Below, in pieces: positions 1-8,174 of a DNA stretch of 32,000 nucleotides. Location of the stretch: NCBI RefSeq assembly GCF_000015945.1, contig NC_009033.1, positions 240,001 to 272,000 of the forward strand. Reading direction: 5' to 3'. Below the pieces are notes generated by a model that saw nothing but the letters and a program-made list of their open reading frames with translations, made no database searches and was not told the DNA's origin. Origin of the DNA: Staphylothermus marinus F1. Its GTDB lineage: Archaea; Thermoproteota; Thermoprotei_A; Sulfolobales; Desulfurococcaceae. The position numbers and the translations under genes are program-made. The number at the start of each line of letters is the position of its first letter. The stretch's first letter is position 1.

Positions 1-340
1 CTACAGAGTATTTTCCTCGAATGTATTCTTTGAGAATTTCACGAATACTAATTAAGGCATTTTCATTTAATGAATCTATAGTGATAGACTTAATGTAGTC
101 GGTGTTAGGTACTTTATATTTCAGCCTGAAATCCTTCTTGTTTAGATAATCTAGTATAAATGTCCTATTATCGTATCCTTCAAGAAATAATAGGGGGTAG
201 TATATGGGTATTATCCTAGAGAGCTTCTTGCCCTTAACAGAGTATAAATATGTGATCAATGCTGCTTCTCTGTATTGGTCAAAATAGATGAGCGAATCTG
301 GATCTATTATTGTAGGAATTATTGGGTATTTATAGGTCAT
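1..340 (-). CDS. hypothetical protein, N-terminal 113 codons (gene runs off the left edge of the window)
   Basis: ATG at 340-338 on the minus strand, then an uninterrupted frame down to base 2. My manual translation is MTYKYPIIPTIIDPDSLIYFDQYREAALITYLYSVKGKKLSRIIPIYYPLLFLEGYDNRTF... It is absent from the ORF track because no stop lies inside the window. No recognisable motif. Confidence 0.45.
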   Translation of the reverse strand, partial: MTYKYPIIPTIIDPDSLIYFDQYREAALITYLYSVKGKKLSRIIPIYYPLLFLEGYDNRTFILDYLNKKDFRLKYKVPNTDYIKSITIDSLNENALISIREILKEYIRGKYSV

Positions 341-533
341 AATATTCAGCCATTAAAACCTTATTGTTATGTCTGCATCGTTAAACTAATGGTTCTTTTA
401 ATTATTCACTATCTATTATTTATTTTTCACCGTATCAAGATATATCTGTTCCCATGTGATCAGCATAGACAATATATATTTGGACCGACAGTATAAGTGT
501 ATATTGACAAATAGGACTTGGAGGCAAAGTGTT

Positions 534-1607
534 ATGAGTGAACCTTGGTTCCTAGGATATCTGGAAGGAAAACATTGGCTAACAAATGTCGACTATAATA
601 TAGACACAATATTCAAGGTACTACAAGCAGCGAAAGAGCTGAAGGAAATGTATCATAAAGGCGTAAGGAAAGTTAACTGGTTAGATGGGAAGACATTGTA
701 TCTACTATTCTACAACAAGAGTCTCCGTACAAGAAACAGTTTCCAAACAGGAATCTATCAGTTAGGTGGTCAAGGCATCTATATAGCTGCAGACCAAGTA
801 TATAGACCAACACTTCCAGAAGACATGGTACCATATCAGACAGAAGCAATACGTGACGTATCACGAGTTCTAAGCAGGTATGGTAGTGGAATAGCTATAC
901 GTATCTATGGAGACGCTGCTAAATGGATTATTGGACGTGGACACAAGATTATACAGGAATTTGCTAAGTGGGCAAGTATACCAGTACTTAATATGGAGGA
1001 CGATATCTATCACCCATTCCAGGCATTAGCCGATGCACAAGCAGCTCTAGAAGCACTTGGATGGCCCAAGGATCTAAGAGGAAAGAAATTCGTTGTCAGC
1101 TATGCATATAGTGGTGGGTTAAAACCATTAGCAGTTCCACAGAGTGTAGCATTAATAGCTGCTATGCTGGGAGCAGACGTTTATATTGCTCATCCACCAG
1201 GTTTTGAATTATTAGATGACGTACTAGCAAAGGTTAAACAATACACTGAGCACTGGGGTAGTGAGTTCAAGGTAGTACATGATATGGATGAAGCATTCGA
1301 AGGAGCAACCTTCGTGTATCCAAAGGCTTGGAGCCCGAAAGGATTCTTCCCACCATTCAACAACGTAGTTGATAAGGAGGGTGCTAAAGCGTATCAAGCA
1401 AAGTTTAAAGACTGGATAGTAACTATGGAGAGACTCGAAAAAGCCGGCAAACCTTTCTACATGCACTGTGGACCAGCAGACCGTGGACAAGAAGTTACAG
1501 ATGAAGTACTAGACAGCTATGAGAAGAGCCTATACTTTGAAGAAGCTGAGAACCGTCTGCATGTACAGAAAGCTGTAATGGCCATGGTAATGGGTAGTAA
1601 GAAGTAA
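534..1607 (+). CDS. YgeW-type (knotted) carbamoyltransferase, second substrate unknown
   Basis: Carries the ATCase/OTCase-superfamily motifs SLRTR (SxRTR carbamoyl-phosphate site), HPFQ (HPxQ) and HCGP (HCLP variant). The segment FVVSYAYSGGLKPLAVPQS...YPKAWSP parallels E. coli YgeW as I remember it. It lacks the OTC SMG loop. I prefer ATG 534, which has GGAGG 9 nt upstream, over the track start at 456. Confidence 0.8.
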   Translation: MSEPWFLGYLEGKHWLTNVDYNIDTIFKVLQAAKELKEMYHKGVRKVNWLDGKTLYLLFYNKSLRTRNSFQTGIYQLGGQGIYIAADQVYRPTLPEDMVPYQTEAIRDVSRVLSRYGSGIAIRIYGDAAKWIIGRGHKIIQEFAKWASIPVLNMEDDIYHPFQALADAQAALEALGWPKDLRGKKFVVSYAYSGGLKPLAVPQSVALIAAMLGADVYIAHPPGFELLDDVLAKVKQYTEHWGSEFKVVHDMDEAFEGATFVYPKAWSPKGFFPPFNNVVDKEGAKAYQAKFKDWIVTMERLEKAGKPFYMHCGPADRGQEVTDEVLDSYEKSLYFEEAENRLHVQKAVMAMVMGSKK

Positions 1608-1670
1608 TTTTTCTCTTAATAATATTTTTCTTTTTCTTATCCTTTCTTCTCTCCTATTTATCTCTGATCT
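1608..1670 (+). terminator. T-rich polypyrimidine tract, probable archaeal terminator
   Basis: T5 runs at 1608-1612, 1625-1629 and 1631-1635 immediately after the stop codon, within a C/T-rich tract. Confidence 0.5.
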
Positions 1671-1792
1671 GTGAGAATTATGTTTATATATATAAGAATA
1701 ACTGTTGGATCACAGGCTTTTGTAGAGATATAATTGGTTGCAACCCTAGGATAACTAGAATATTAACTTTAGGAGTAAAGTTAGTGATCAAA

Positions 1793-2299
1793 CTATTTGG
1801 GTAAGTATATGATCAAGGATATAATATATAATATTATAGATGCCAGTAATATCATTGTTAATATTGATTCTGTGTTTATATTTAATTTAAAGCGCAGAAC
1901 AGGCCTGTGTATTGGTTTAACTTGTCTCGTTTGCTCCTTATATTCTTTTACCCAAAGAGCTGGGGGAGTAGTCTTCTCGATCTCGGTGCTCTCAACACAT
2001 TTGATTCTCTCTAAAACGCTTCGTAGTACATCTGTGTATTTACGTAATACTTTATGTCTTGGATCACTATTTATAGAATCAACAATATCATCTATGTAGC
2101 AGGAAAACCTTGATAAATACCTTGATAATTTTTCATGCATCAATATATTCTCCAACAAAACAGCTGGGTCACAATTACTTATTTCACGACACTCATCCTC
2201 TAAAGACACAACAATAGTCCCCAACTTAACCAGAAAACCATCAATACTCCTAATATAAGACAACGAATCAGCAAGCTCAACCACAAATTTCTCAACCAT
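1793..2299 (-). CDS. hypothetical tail-anchored membrane protein
   Basis: Open frame with an ATG at 2299-2297 preceded by GAGGAA. The N-terminal part is predicted helical and soluble, and there is a single C-terminal hydrophobic helix (ILTMILLASIILYIISLIIYL). No family motif recognised. The plus-strand ORF 1797..2099 looks like an antisense shadow. Confidence 0.5.
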   Translation of the reverse strand: MVEKFVVELADSLSYIRSIDGFLVKLGTIVVSLEDECREISNCDPAVLLENILMHEKLSRYLSRFSCYIDDIVDSINSDPRHKVLRKYTDVLRSVLERIKCVESTEIEKTTPPALWVKEYKEQTRQVKPIHRPVLRFKLNINTESILTMILLASIILYIISLIIYLPK

Positions 2300-2510
2300 A
2301 TAATTCCTCGCCAACAATCCAGCCCCTCCTACTACGCTAATCTATCCATTTCATAACCCTTAATAATTAACCTCATTCACGAAATTGAACCCTAGGATGA
2401 TAAAAAAGTAAATCAAAAATTCTACCGTCAAAGTTTCCAAACAATTCTATTCAACATATAGAAATACTCATGTATAAAAATTAAAGACTATTTGCTTATT
2501 TGGATACTAT

Positions 2511-2554
2511 ACCATGGTTGTTTTGGAAAATTATGAAAACCATGATTGTTTTGA
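2511..2554. repeat. two imperfect 16-nt direct repeats, period 28 nt
   Basis: ACCATGGTTGTTTTGG (2511-2526) and ACCATGATTGTTTTGA (2539-2554), 14/16 identical. They sit in an intergenic region upstream of the GC-rich RNA candidate. Confidence 0.6.
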
Positions 2555-2572
2555 TAGATTGGCGGGGTTCGC

Positions 2573-2580
2573 TTTATAAA
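2573..2580 (+). promoter_or_regulatory. consensus archaeal TATA box (TTTATAAA)
   Basis: TTTATAAA is centred about 31 nt upstream of the first base of the closing stem at 2608. It is itself embedded in a hairpin: GGGGTT 2564-2569 pairs with AACCCC 2579-2584. Confidence 0.4.
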
Positions 2581-2604
2581 CCCCTCACTAATATTATGGT
2601 TAAT

Positions 2605-2760
2605 AAAAAGCAGATGAAGGGCTCAAAAGTGGTCTGTGTGGAGCCCCGATAGCCCCCTCAATGAAGGAATGAAAACCCGACCCAAGAGGGGGAAGCCCGT
2701 GCAAACATCCATAAAATCCAAAGTAACCAAAAGATAAAGCACGGGCAACCACTGCTTATT
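2605..2760 (+). ncRNA. unclassified structured RNA (four-way junction); strand assignment tentative
   Basis: About 57% G+C over 2611-2700 against about 30% in the flanks. Four nested perfect helices: 2608-2613/2752-2757, 2619-2624/2641-2646, 2653-2659/2686-2692 and 2695-2702/2739-2746. The + strand is favoured by A-rich loops, a K-turn-like loop in the middle hairpin and the upstream TATA. The minus strand cannot be excluded, because a T5 run follows the closing stem on that strand. Confidence 0.5.
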
Positions 2761-2821
2761 ACTGTATAGAGTAGGAACAACAAAGATTAACTTGGCGAAG
2801 GAACAAGGATTAAACATAGTT

Positions 2822-3061
2822 ATGCATTATATTGGAAAATGTATAGAAGAAAACATTAGAAGTGTTAGGAACATAAATGTCTCCCTCTACTGGGCCCCAG
2901 ATTTTGATCAGGAACGTGGAGATGTATTTGAAATTTACCCGGTATGGAAGGTTGACACATACCTCGTTCCAAAACAACTGCAGGAAGGTATGTGTGATGG
3001 TGTTATAGGGTATTCTGTTTCAATACGGACTGATACAGACAAAACAGGATCAACTGTCTAG
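2822..3061 (+). CDS. small hypothetical protein (79 aa from ATG 2822; the track starts at TTG 2792)
   Basis: Open frame with ordinary amino-acid composition. There is no convincing SD-like motif and no family motif. Confidence 0.3.
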   Translation: MHYIGKCIEENIRSVRNINVSLYWAPDFDQERGDVFEIYPVWKVDTYLVPKQLQEGMCDGVIGYSVSIRTDTDKTGSTV

Positions 3062-3279
3062 TCCAGCAATATACTTGAACCAAAACGAACATACTCAATA
3101 TAACGCGGAACAATACGAAATAATAAATGAATAGACAGTATAAATAATCTAATAGTGCCCACATCTACGATATTATTAGTCGTCGCTACAGTTATTTTTA
3201 TCGTTAATACAAATAAACTTGCAATCATGATGATAAAGTGCAACGCCGATAACTTGTTAGACAAATTTATACTATTATT

Positions 3280-4257
3280 TCATAGTTGGCTTCTTTCGAA
3301 ATTAAACAATATTTTTATAGAGTCTATTAGTTCAATATAGCTTTTAATGATTGTGTTAAAACCTTCATGTCGGATCAGATCTATTATTGTTTCTTCAAGC
3401 TTACTTCTATGTTTTATTTTTCTAGTCAAGTGTTTTTGTATTCTGCCTTGAATATAGCTTATTGACTGAATGAAGCCGTTGAAATGTTTGAAGATGTTAC
3501 GTGTTAAACCATATATGCAAGTGTTTTTGAATAAGCATTTACTACAATTGAATTCGTGGCAGAGGCAGTATTTTTTATTTGGCACATATGGTTTAACTCC
3601 TAGAGATCGAAGTAATGCTTGGTAGTGTCTATCTATGGGAGCATATTCTGTAATTCCATATGTGTGTAACAAGTATGCGTTAATGGTTTTTAGCCCTACA
3701 TATTTGATTTTGAGTAGTTCAACTGCTTCCTCGAGTGGTTGATAATTGTTTTTGCTTAAAAACTTAACAATATCATCATAGATTTCGATCAATTGTTTAT
3801 ACTGATATGAACGAATAAACTTGGCACATTTTAATGGGTTTGTTAAACAATTGTTTCTATGAATAATTTTTATCCATTTAACTGTGTTTGCATAGTAGTC
3901 TGTGTTTCTCGATAGAAATATTGATGTGAAAATGTATAGTTTATCTCTTGGACTATGCATTAATGTTAATCCTGCGAAAACATTGTTTTTAAAGATACCT
4001 AGCTTGTTAAAGAATTCCTTCACATATTTATGGTTCTCTATTCCTAGAATTTGTCTTATAGTATGATGAGAACAATTATTTGGAATAATACATGTTGTTT
4101 CATTACCAACCATATACTTGCATCTTAAGCCGCGACAAATACCTATTTCTTTTGTGAAGACTACTCCATTATTATGTTTCTCAACCCTAAATAGAGGTAG
4201 TAGATATGAGTAGTAGAGAGATAATGGATAGTTTATGTCTTTAATTATAATTTTCAT
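3280..4257 (-). CDS. endonuclease III-like HhH-GPD DNA glycosylase with [4Fe-4S] loop, extended at both ends
   Basis: HhH motif with lysine and aspartate (VGLKTINAYLLHTYGITEYAPIDRH). Exact EndoIII cluster spacing C-x6-C-x2-C-x5-C (CLCHEFNCSKCLFKNTC). LSRNT aligns with the LSxQ(A/T)T helix. ATG 4257 has GGTGG 4 nt upstream. At 325 aa it is much longer than a typical Nth (about 210-230 aa). Confidence 0.75.
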   Translation of the reverse strand: MKIIIKDINYPLSLYYSYLLPLFRVEKHNNGVVFTKEIGICRGLRCKYMVGNETTCIIPNNCSHHTIRQILGIENHKYVKEFFNKLGIFKNNVFAGLTLMHSPRDKLYIFTSIFLSRNTDYYANTVKWIKIIHRNNCLTNPLKCAKFIRSYQYKQLIEIYDDIVKFLSKNNYQPLEEAVELLKIKYVGLKTINAYLLHTYGITEYAPIDRHYQALLRSLGVKPYVPNKKYCLCHEFNCSKCLFKNTCIYGLTRNIFKHFNGFIQSISYIQGRIQKHLTRKIKHRSKLEETIIDLIRHEGFNTIIKSYIELIDSIKILFNFERSQL

Positions 4258-4303
4258 TTTTCCACCAGAGAAGAAAAAATAAAACAGTTGTTTCTTATCC
4301 GAG

Positions 4304-5245
4304 CTAGATCTTTATTTTAGAATATAGTTTCTTATAGTAGTTCTCTATATCTAACTCAACTTTTCCTTGCTTAATATCTTTTCTCAATGCTTCAAGCGGT
4401 AAATTTTCTAGACCCATGTATTCAGCAGCTGTTAATACTTTTTTACCATGTTTCTCCGCTAGTTCATAAATTTCCCTCATTTTTTCCTCGAACTTTTTGT
4501 CTCGAACAATATGGTGATCAAGAATTATTGTTTTTGCCGGTGTATCTGTTATGACTTTTTTCACGTTTTCCATGCTTTCAACGAAGTCCTTCATTGAAAC
4601 TCTCCATCCCATGAGGATTGTGGGGTAACCATCTATTATTATAAATGTTGGTTTCTTCTCGAGAACCCATTTTAATGCATCTGGATCCGCTAGGTTTTGA
4701 GCATCTGAGCCATGGATAAATGAGCTTCTCCCCTTTCTGATATTTACCATTATTACTCTTCCAACTTTGCTTCCAACGGGGCCGTGCCATACGGGAGGAG
4801 AGAATTCTAATATAATGTTTTTACCGATCTTGAACTTTTTGTCATCAGCCACTATTATTTCAGCAGCAATATCCTTTATGTTTTCATAGAATTTCCTACC
4901 TCTATTCTTAGCTGAACTAGTAACTTCGTTTTCATATGCTTTAATAAAAACTTTTTTCCCACTAAAGATTTCTTCATACATTTCCTTATCATTGGGATAA
5001 GGATGGTGATCGTAATGATAATGCGTAACGATTACTATGTCAGATTTTCTCCCTACTTCAATAATTTTTCTCCTAACAATATCCAGCGCTTTCAATTCAA
5101 GATCTGTTGGTGGTAACCCATATCTTTTAGGAGCAAGTGCAACCCCTGGATCGATTAATATTTTATAACCATTTACAACAACGAGTACTGCCTGACTTCT
5201 AACACCCATAGAATCAAATGCTAATGGATATATTTTAATAGGCAA
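4304..5245 (-). CDS. metallo-beta-lactamase-fold hydrolase (archaeal UPF0282-like)
   Basis: HxHxDH motif in VTHYHYDHH, plus later H and D residues (WHGP, HGSD, DHH). TTG start at 5245 with GGTGAG 6 nt upstream. Confidence 0.7.
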   Translation of the reverse strand: MPIKIYPLAFDSMGVRSQAVLVVVNGYKILIDPGVALAPKRYGLPPTDLELKALDIVRRKIIEVGRKSDIVIVTHYHYDHHPYPNDKEMYEEIFSGKKVFIKAYENEVTSSAKNRGRKFYENIKDIAAEIIVADDKKFKIGKNIILEFSPPVWHGPVGSKVGRVIMVNIRKGRSSFIHGSDAQNLADPDALKWVLEKKPTFIIIDGYPTILMGWRVSMKDFVESMENVKKVITDTPAKTIILDHHIVRDKKFEEKMREIYELAEKHGKKVLTAAEYMGLENLPLEALRKDIKQGKVELDIENYYKKLYSKIKI

Positions 5246-5433
5246 AGCATACTCACCAATATATTATATATGTTACAGAGGAATTTTTAGAGTATTGACA
5301 CAATATACGTTCCAGATAACATTACATGCTTCATCTGATCAGAGCCTTTATCTAACTAAAAATCAATAATACTAATAACGCTCTTTAAGGGTTGACTAAA
5401 CATAAGAGCTCTGAAAAACAAGTGGTGAGAAAA

Positions 5434-5796
5434 ATGAGTGATATACTAGAGATCAAGCATACTTCGAGAGTAATATATGCTAGACTATCAGATAATTCTA
5501 AAGCCTTCATTAGGTATAGAGTTGAAAATGGTGTTATGAAATTAATTGAAACATATACTCCACCACAACACCGAGGAAAGGGAATTGCAAAGAAACTAAT
5601 GCAATACGCTATAGAACTGGCGAAGAAGAATAATTGGTTAATAGAACCCATATGTAGTTATTCAGTATATTACTTTATAAAATACCCAGAATATAGAGAG
5701 CTACTCGTTCCAGAATACAGAAAAATGAGTGATGAAGAACTGAAAGAACTATTTAAGAAAAGGCTTGAAGAGGAAAAGAAAAAGGATAAAGATTAA
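5434..5796 (+). CDS. small GNAT-like N-acetyltransferase (YjdJ type)
   Basis: HRGKGIAKKLMQYAIELAKKNNWLIEPICSY matches the (Q/R)GxGIA acetyl-CoA loop and the C-terminal PxCSY of the YjdJ-like family. ATG 5434 has GGTGAG upstream. Lys/Glu-rich tail. Confidence 0.65.
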   Translation: MSDILEIKHTSRVIYARLSDNSKAFIRYRVENGVMKLIETYTPPQHRGKGIAKKLMQYAIELAKKNNWLIEPICSYSVYYFIKYPEYRELLVPEYRKMSDEELKELFKKRLEEEKKKDKD

Positions 5797-6017
5797 TTCA
5801 CTATTAATATAAACATTATACTATATCCAAACAATTCCTTCCATAAAATACAACATTGTTTTTCTTTAATAATAACTCTTTCGCTAACTGTTAGGGTAGA
5901 TTCATGTGATCTTCGAAGCAGGGTTGAATAAGTATATACATAAGATACTTGAATTGATTATTGCGAGGTAGCATATATGGTTTTAGAAAGATAGAGTATT
6001 TATGAGGGAAACTCTTA

Positions 6018-6797
6018 ATGTCCGGATTTGATCCATTTAAGTTATCCACTATAGTATATAGAGGAGTTGCAAGGATTAGGGATGGTGTAGAGGAGAGGAG
6101 ATATTATCGTTTCAGAGGGGGCAGATGGTATGGTGGTATAGCTACTGGTGATGTTGTTGGTTGTAATTTGAGATGTAAGTTTTGCTGGTCTTGGAGATAT
6201 AGTTTCTATACTAATAAAGGATTCTTTCAAACCCCTCAACAAGTCTATGAGAAACTAACGCGAATAGCTGAGAAGAGAAAATATAAGTATATTCGGCTTA
6301 GCGGGGGAGAACCAACTATTACTATGAAGCATGTTATACAGTTGCTTGAATTACTTGATCAGACAAAATTTGTATTTATACTGGAAACAAACGGTTTATT
6401 AATAGGGTATCATCGCAAATACGCTGAAGAACTTGCTACATATAGAAAAATAGCTGTAAGAGTATCATTTAAAGGAACAACCCCCGAAGAATTCGAACAA
6501 TTAACTGGTGCAGATAAGAAATATTATGGATACCAGTTTAAAGCATTAGAAAACCTAATAGATGCAGGCCTCAAACCAGGAGAACAAGTATATCCAGCAG
6601 TCATGCTTAGTTTCTCCCCAGAAGAAAACATTAAGAAATTCCTAGATCGACTTAGAGATATACATCCAGTTTTAGCACAAGAAATAGATCCTGAATACGT
6701 AATACTGTATCCACACGTAGTTGAACTACTGAGAAAAAACAAGTTAAAACCCAGAATAGCCTATAAGCCTAATGGAATACCCGAATTCATGATTTAA
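6018..6797 (+). CDS. radical SAM protein, function unknown
   Basis: CNLRCKFC (Cx3Cx2C) cluster motif, followed by SGGEPT. Confidence 0.75.
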   Translation: MSGFDPFKLSTIVYRGVARIRDGVEERRYYRFRGGRWYGGIATGDVVGCNLRCKFCWSWRYSFYTNKGFFQTPQQVYEKLTRIAEKRKYKYIRLSGGEPTITMKHVIQLLELLDQTKFVFILETNGLLIGYHRKYAEELATYRKIAVRVSFKGTTPEEFEQLTGADKKYYGYQFKALENLIDAGLKPGEQVYPAVMLSFSPEENIKKFLDRLRDIHPVLAQEIDPEYVILYPHVVELLRKNKLKPRIAYKPNGIPEFMI

Positions 6798-6807
6798 TAA
6801 TCTAAAA

Positions 6808-7962
6808 TTATTTCTCAACACTGAAACCCATTTTCCCACCATCAAGAATTACTGGATATGAAGTAATTTCGTATCTTACAGGGGAAGCATCAGGTCCTAC
6901 TACATAGGATGTAAACACTTTTGAAGAAGTGGAAAAATCTTCTATTAAAGTATAATTATGTGCATAATCATAATAGAAATCAATATGTTCATAATAATTG
7001 TCTAGGTAAAGAATAGACATTGAAGCATCATTCCACACGCCAAAACATATATTCTCTATATAATAATCATAGATCGATGAGGAATTTTTATCAACGACTA
7101 ATTTTCCGTCAATAAATAATTTAGTCTCAACCACACCTTCAGAGTCATGAACAATTAATTCAAACCTATAGTTGTGAGGATCAGTTGACTTATGGTTTAA
7201 TTGAATATTGCCGTAGCCAGATAAATACAGATATAAATAGCCTTCAGGATCAGCCTCTAGATCAATATATTTCCAGTCATTAGAAACATCGTTCCATAAG
7301 CCTATCTCAAAGATAATTTGTTTACCACCACTAATCTGGAGGTTTGCATACCACATATTAAAAGAAACAATATATTTATTGACGCGCCCTCCCCAGCTAT
7401 CTCCGAGTTTAGGCACCCATTCTGGAAGATTATATATTGTAGTATTGCTTGCAATCCAGTATTCACGGTATACTGCGAGCATCTTAGATGGATCAAAATC
7501 CCACATATAAAAGTACCCGTTACTGAAATAATTTAATGCGGGATGAGCATCTATTTGGAGCGTAGTATAGAATTCTTGTCCCGAAGATGTTCTTACACGT
7601 ATGGAGACCATTAATCCGGGATATAGTGTTTGATCTTTTATTTTTAAAGCAATCACTGCTCTATGACCCGGCTTGAGATATGGTGTGTTTCCGAGATACG
7701 TGTTAGATGTAGTATCCCATGCCCAAACAATATTTGCTGGTTTATCATCGATGAATATATCAGTAACAGTAAATCCTTCCGACCCCTTATTTGCAAGGGT
7801 TAGGAAAAGTGTTTTAACAGCATACTTGCACTCCAGGATCTCAGCCTTAATTAATCCCTTACTTATACCACTAGTTATTATGCCTGATACAAATAATGCG
7901 TATGTAATCGATATTAAAATCGTTACTGTTATAATTATGGTAATAGCTATGATCGTGTTCAC
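6808..7962 (-). CDS. N-terminally membrane-anchored, probably extracellular beta-rich protein (lectin/LamG-like C-terminal half is a guess)
   Basis: GTG start at 7962 with GAGGGG 6 nt upstream. One N-terminal hydrophobic helix (IIAITIIITVTILISITYALFV). The remainder is rich in Tyr, Trp, Asn and beta-type sequence. Confidence 0.55.
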   Translation of the reverse strand: MNTIIAITIIITVTILISITYALFVSGIITSGISKGLIKAEILECKYAVKTLFLTLANKGSEGFTVTDIFIDDKPANIVWAWDTTSNTYLGNTPYLKPGHRAVIALKIKDQTLYPGLMVSIRVRTSSGQEFYTTLQIDAHPALNYFSNGYFYMWDFDPSKMLAVYREYWIASNTTIYNLPEWVPKLGDSWGGRVNKYIVSFNMWYANLQISGGKQIIFEIGLWNDVSNDWKYIDLEADPEGYLYLYLSGYGNIQLNHKSTDPHNYRFELIVHDSEGVVETKLFIDGKLVVDKNSSSIYDYYIENICFGVWNDASMSILYLDNYYEHIDFYYDYAHNYTLIEDFSTSSKVFTSYVVGPDASPVRYEITSYPVILDGGKMGFSVEK

Positions 7963-8174
7963 TAATAACCCCTCTTAATAATATGTGTTTCCTACGTGTT
8001 AATAAAGTATTTTTTAAGAATACCCAACATTTTTAGTATGTTCCATGAACAATGTATTTTTGCATCAATATATATTTAATACATTCAATTAAACTAAGGA
8101 AAATTCTAAAATACCATATATATCAGTTGAATAATAACATTAACATACAGAATTATAGGGGTGGTGTAGACTAT

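Noticed and set aside
275-496. 73-aa plus-strand ORF in the ORF track
   Set aside because: It overlaps the 5' end of the better-supported minus-strand gene (1-340) and the divergent promoter region. The translation is Ile/Tyr/Phe-rich low-complexity sequence typical of AT-rich noise, and there is no SD-like motif.
1742-2398. 11-nt direct repeat AACCCTAGGAT (1742-1752 and 2388-2398) flanking the tail-anchored ORF, considered as target-site duplication of a mini-element; also the palindrome GGTTGCAACC at 1734-1743
   Set aside because: By rough expectation, several 11-mer repeats within 1 kb arise by chance in 32 kb. There is no integrase or transposase, no terminal inverted repeats, and the enclosed 650 bp holds a single ordinary-looking ORF. 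It might still be a shared CCTAGG-type operator, but I cannot support that.
2561-2590. GGGGTTCG... resembling a tRNA T-arm
   Set aside because: The loop is 9 nt rather than the 7-nt UUCRANY loop, and no acceptor, D or anticodon arms can be built around it. The hairpin simply encloses the TATA-like sequence.
2739-2757. GGCAACC near the 3' end of the RNA candidate, plus a four-way junction and a K-turn, reminiscent of a SAM-I riboswitch
   Set aside because: None of the other conserved SAM-I core nucleotides (for example the AUCAAGAG P1/J1-2 region or GGUGGAGGGA) are present, and the helix order does not match.
3058-3340. Two mutually antisense small ORFs (3058-3264 minus, 68 aa, hydrophobic; 3155-3340 plus, 61 aa)
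   Set aside because: The minus-strand ORF could be a small membrane protein 16 nt downstream of the glycosylase gene. However, it relies on a TTG start without an SD-like motif, and the plus-strand ORF overlaps the glycosylase 3' end. The evidence is insufficient to call either.
1608-4260. AT-rich compositional island suggesting horizontal acquisition
   Set aside because: Spot counts give about 28-32% G+C here, but equally low values occur in clearly native genes such as the Sun methyltransferase (about 27-30%). The contrast is with highly conserved metabolic genes (about 43-47%) rather than with the genome as a whole.
8052-8174. N-terminal extensions of ORF-track models (8052, 456, 5392, 10990, 11527, 13576, 14861, 15981, 17318, 19848)
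   Set aside because: The extensions encode AT-rich junk peptides, run through the SD-like motif, and remove the normal family N-termini. Internal ATG or TTG codons placed 4-11 nt after GGTGA/GGAGG fit better.
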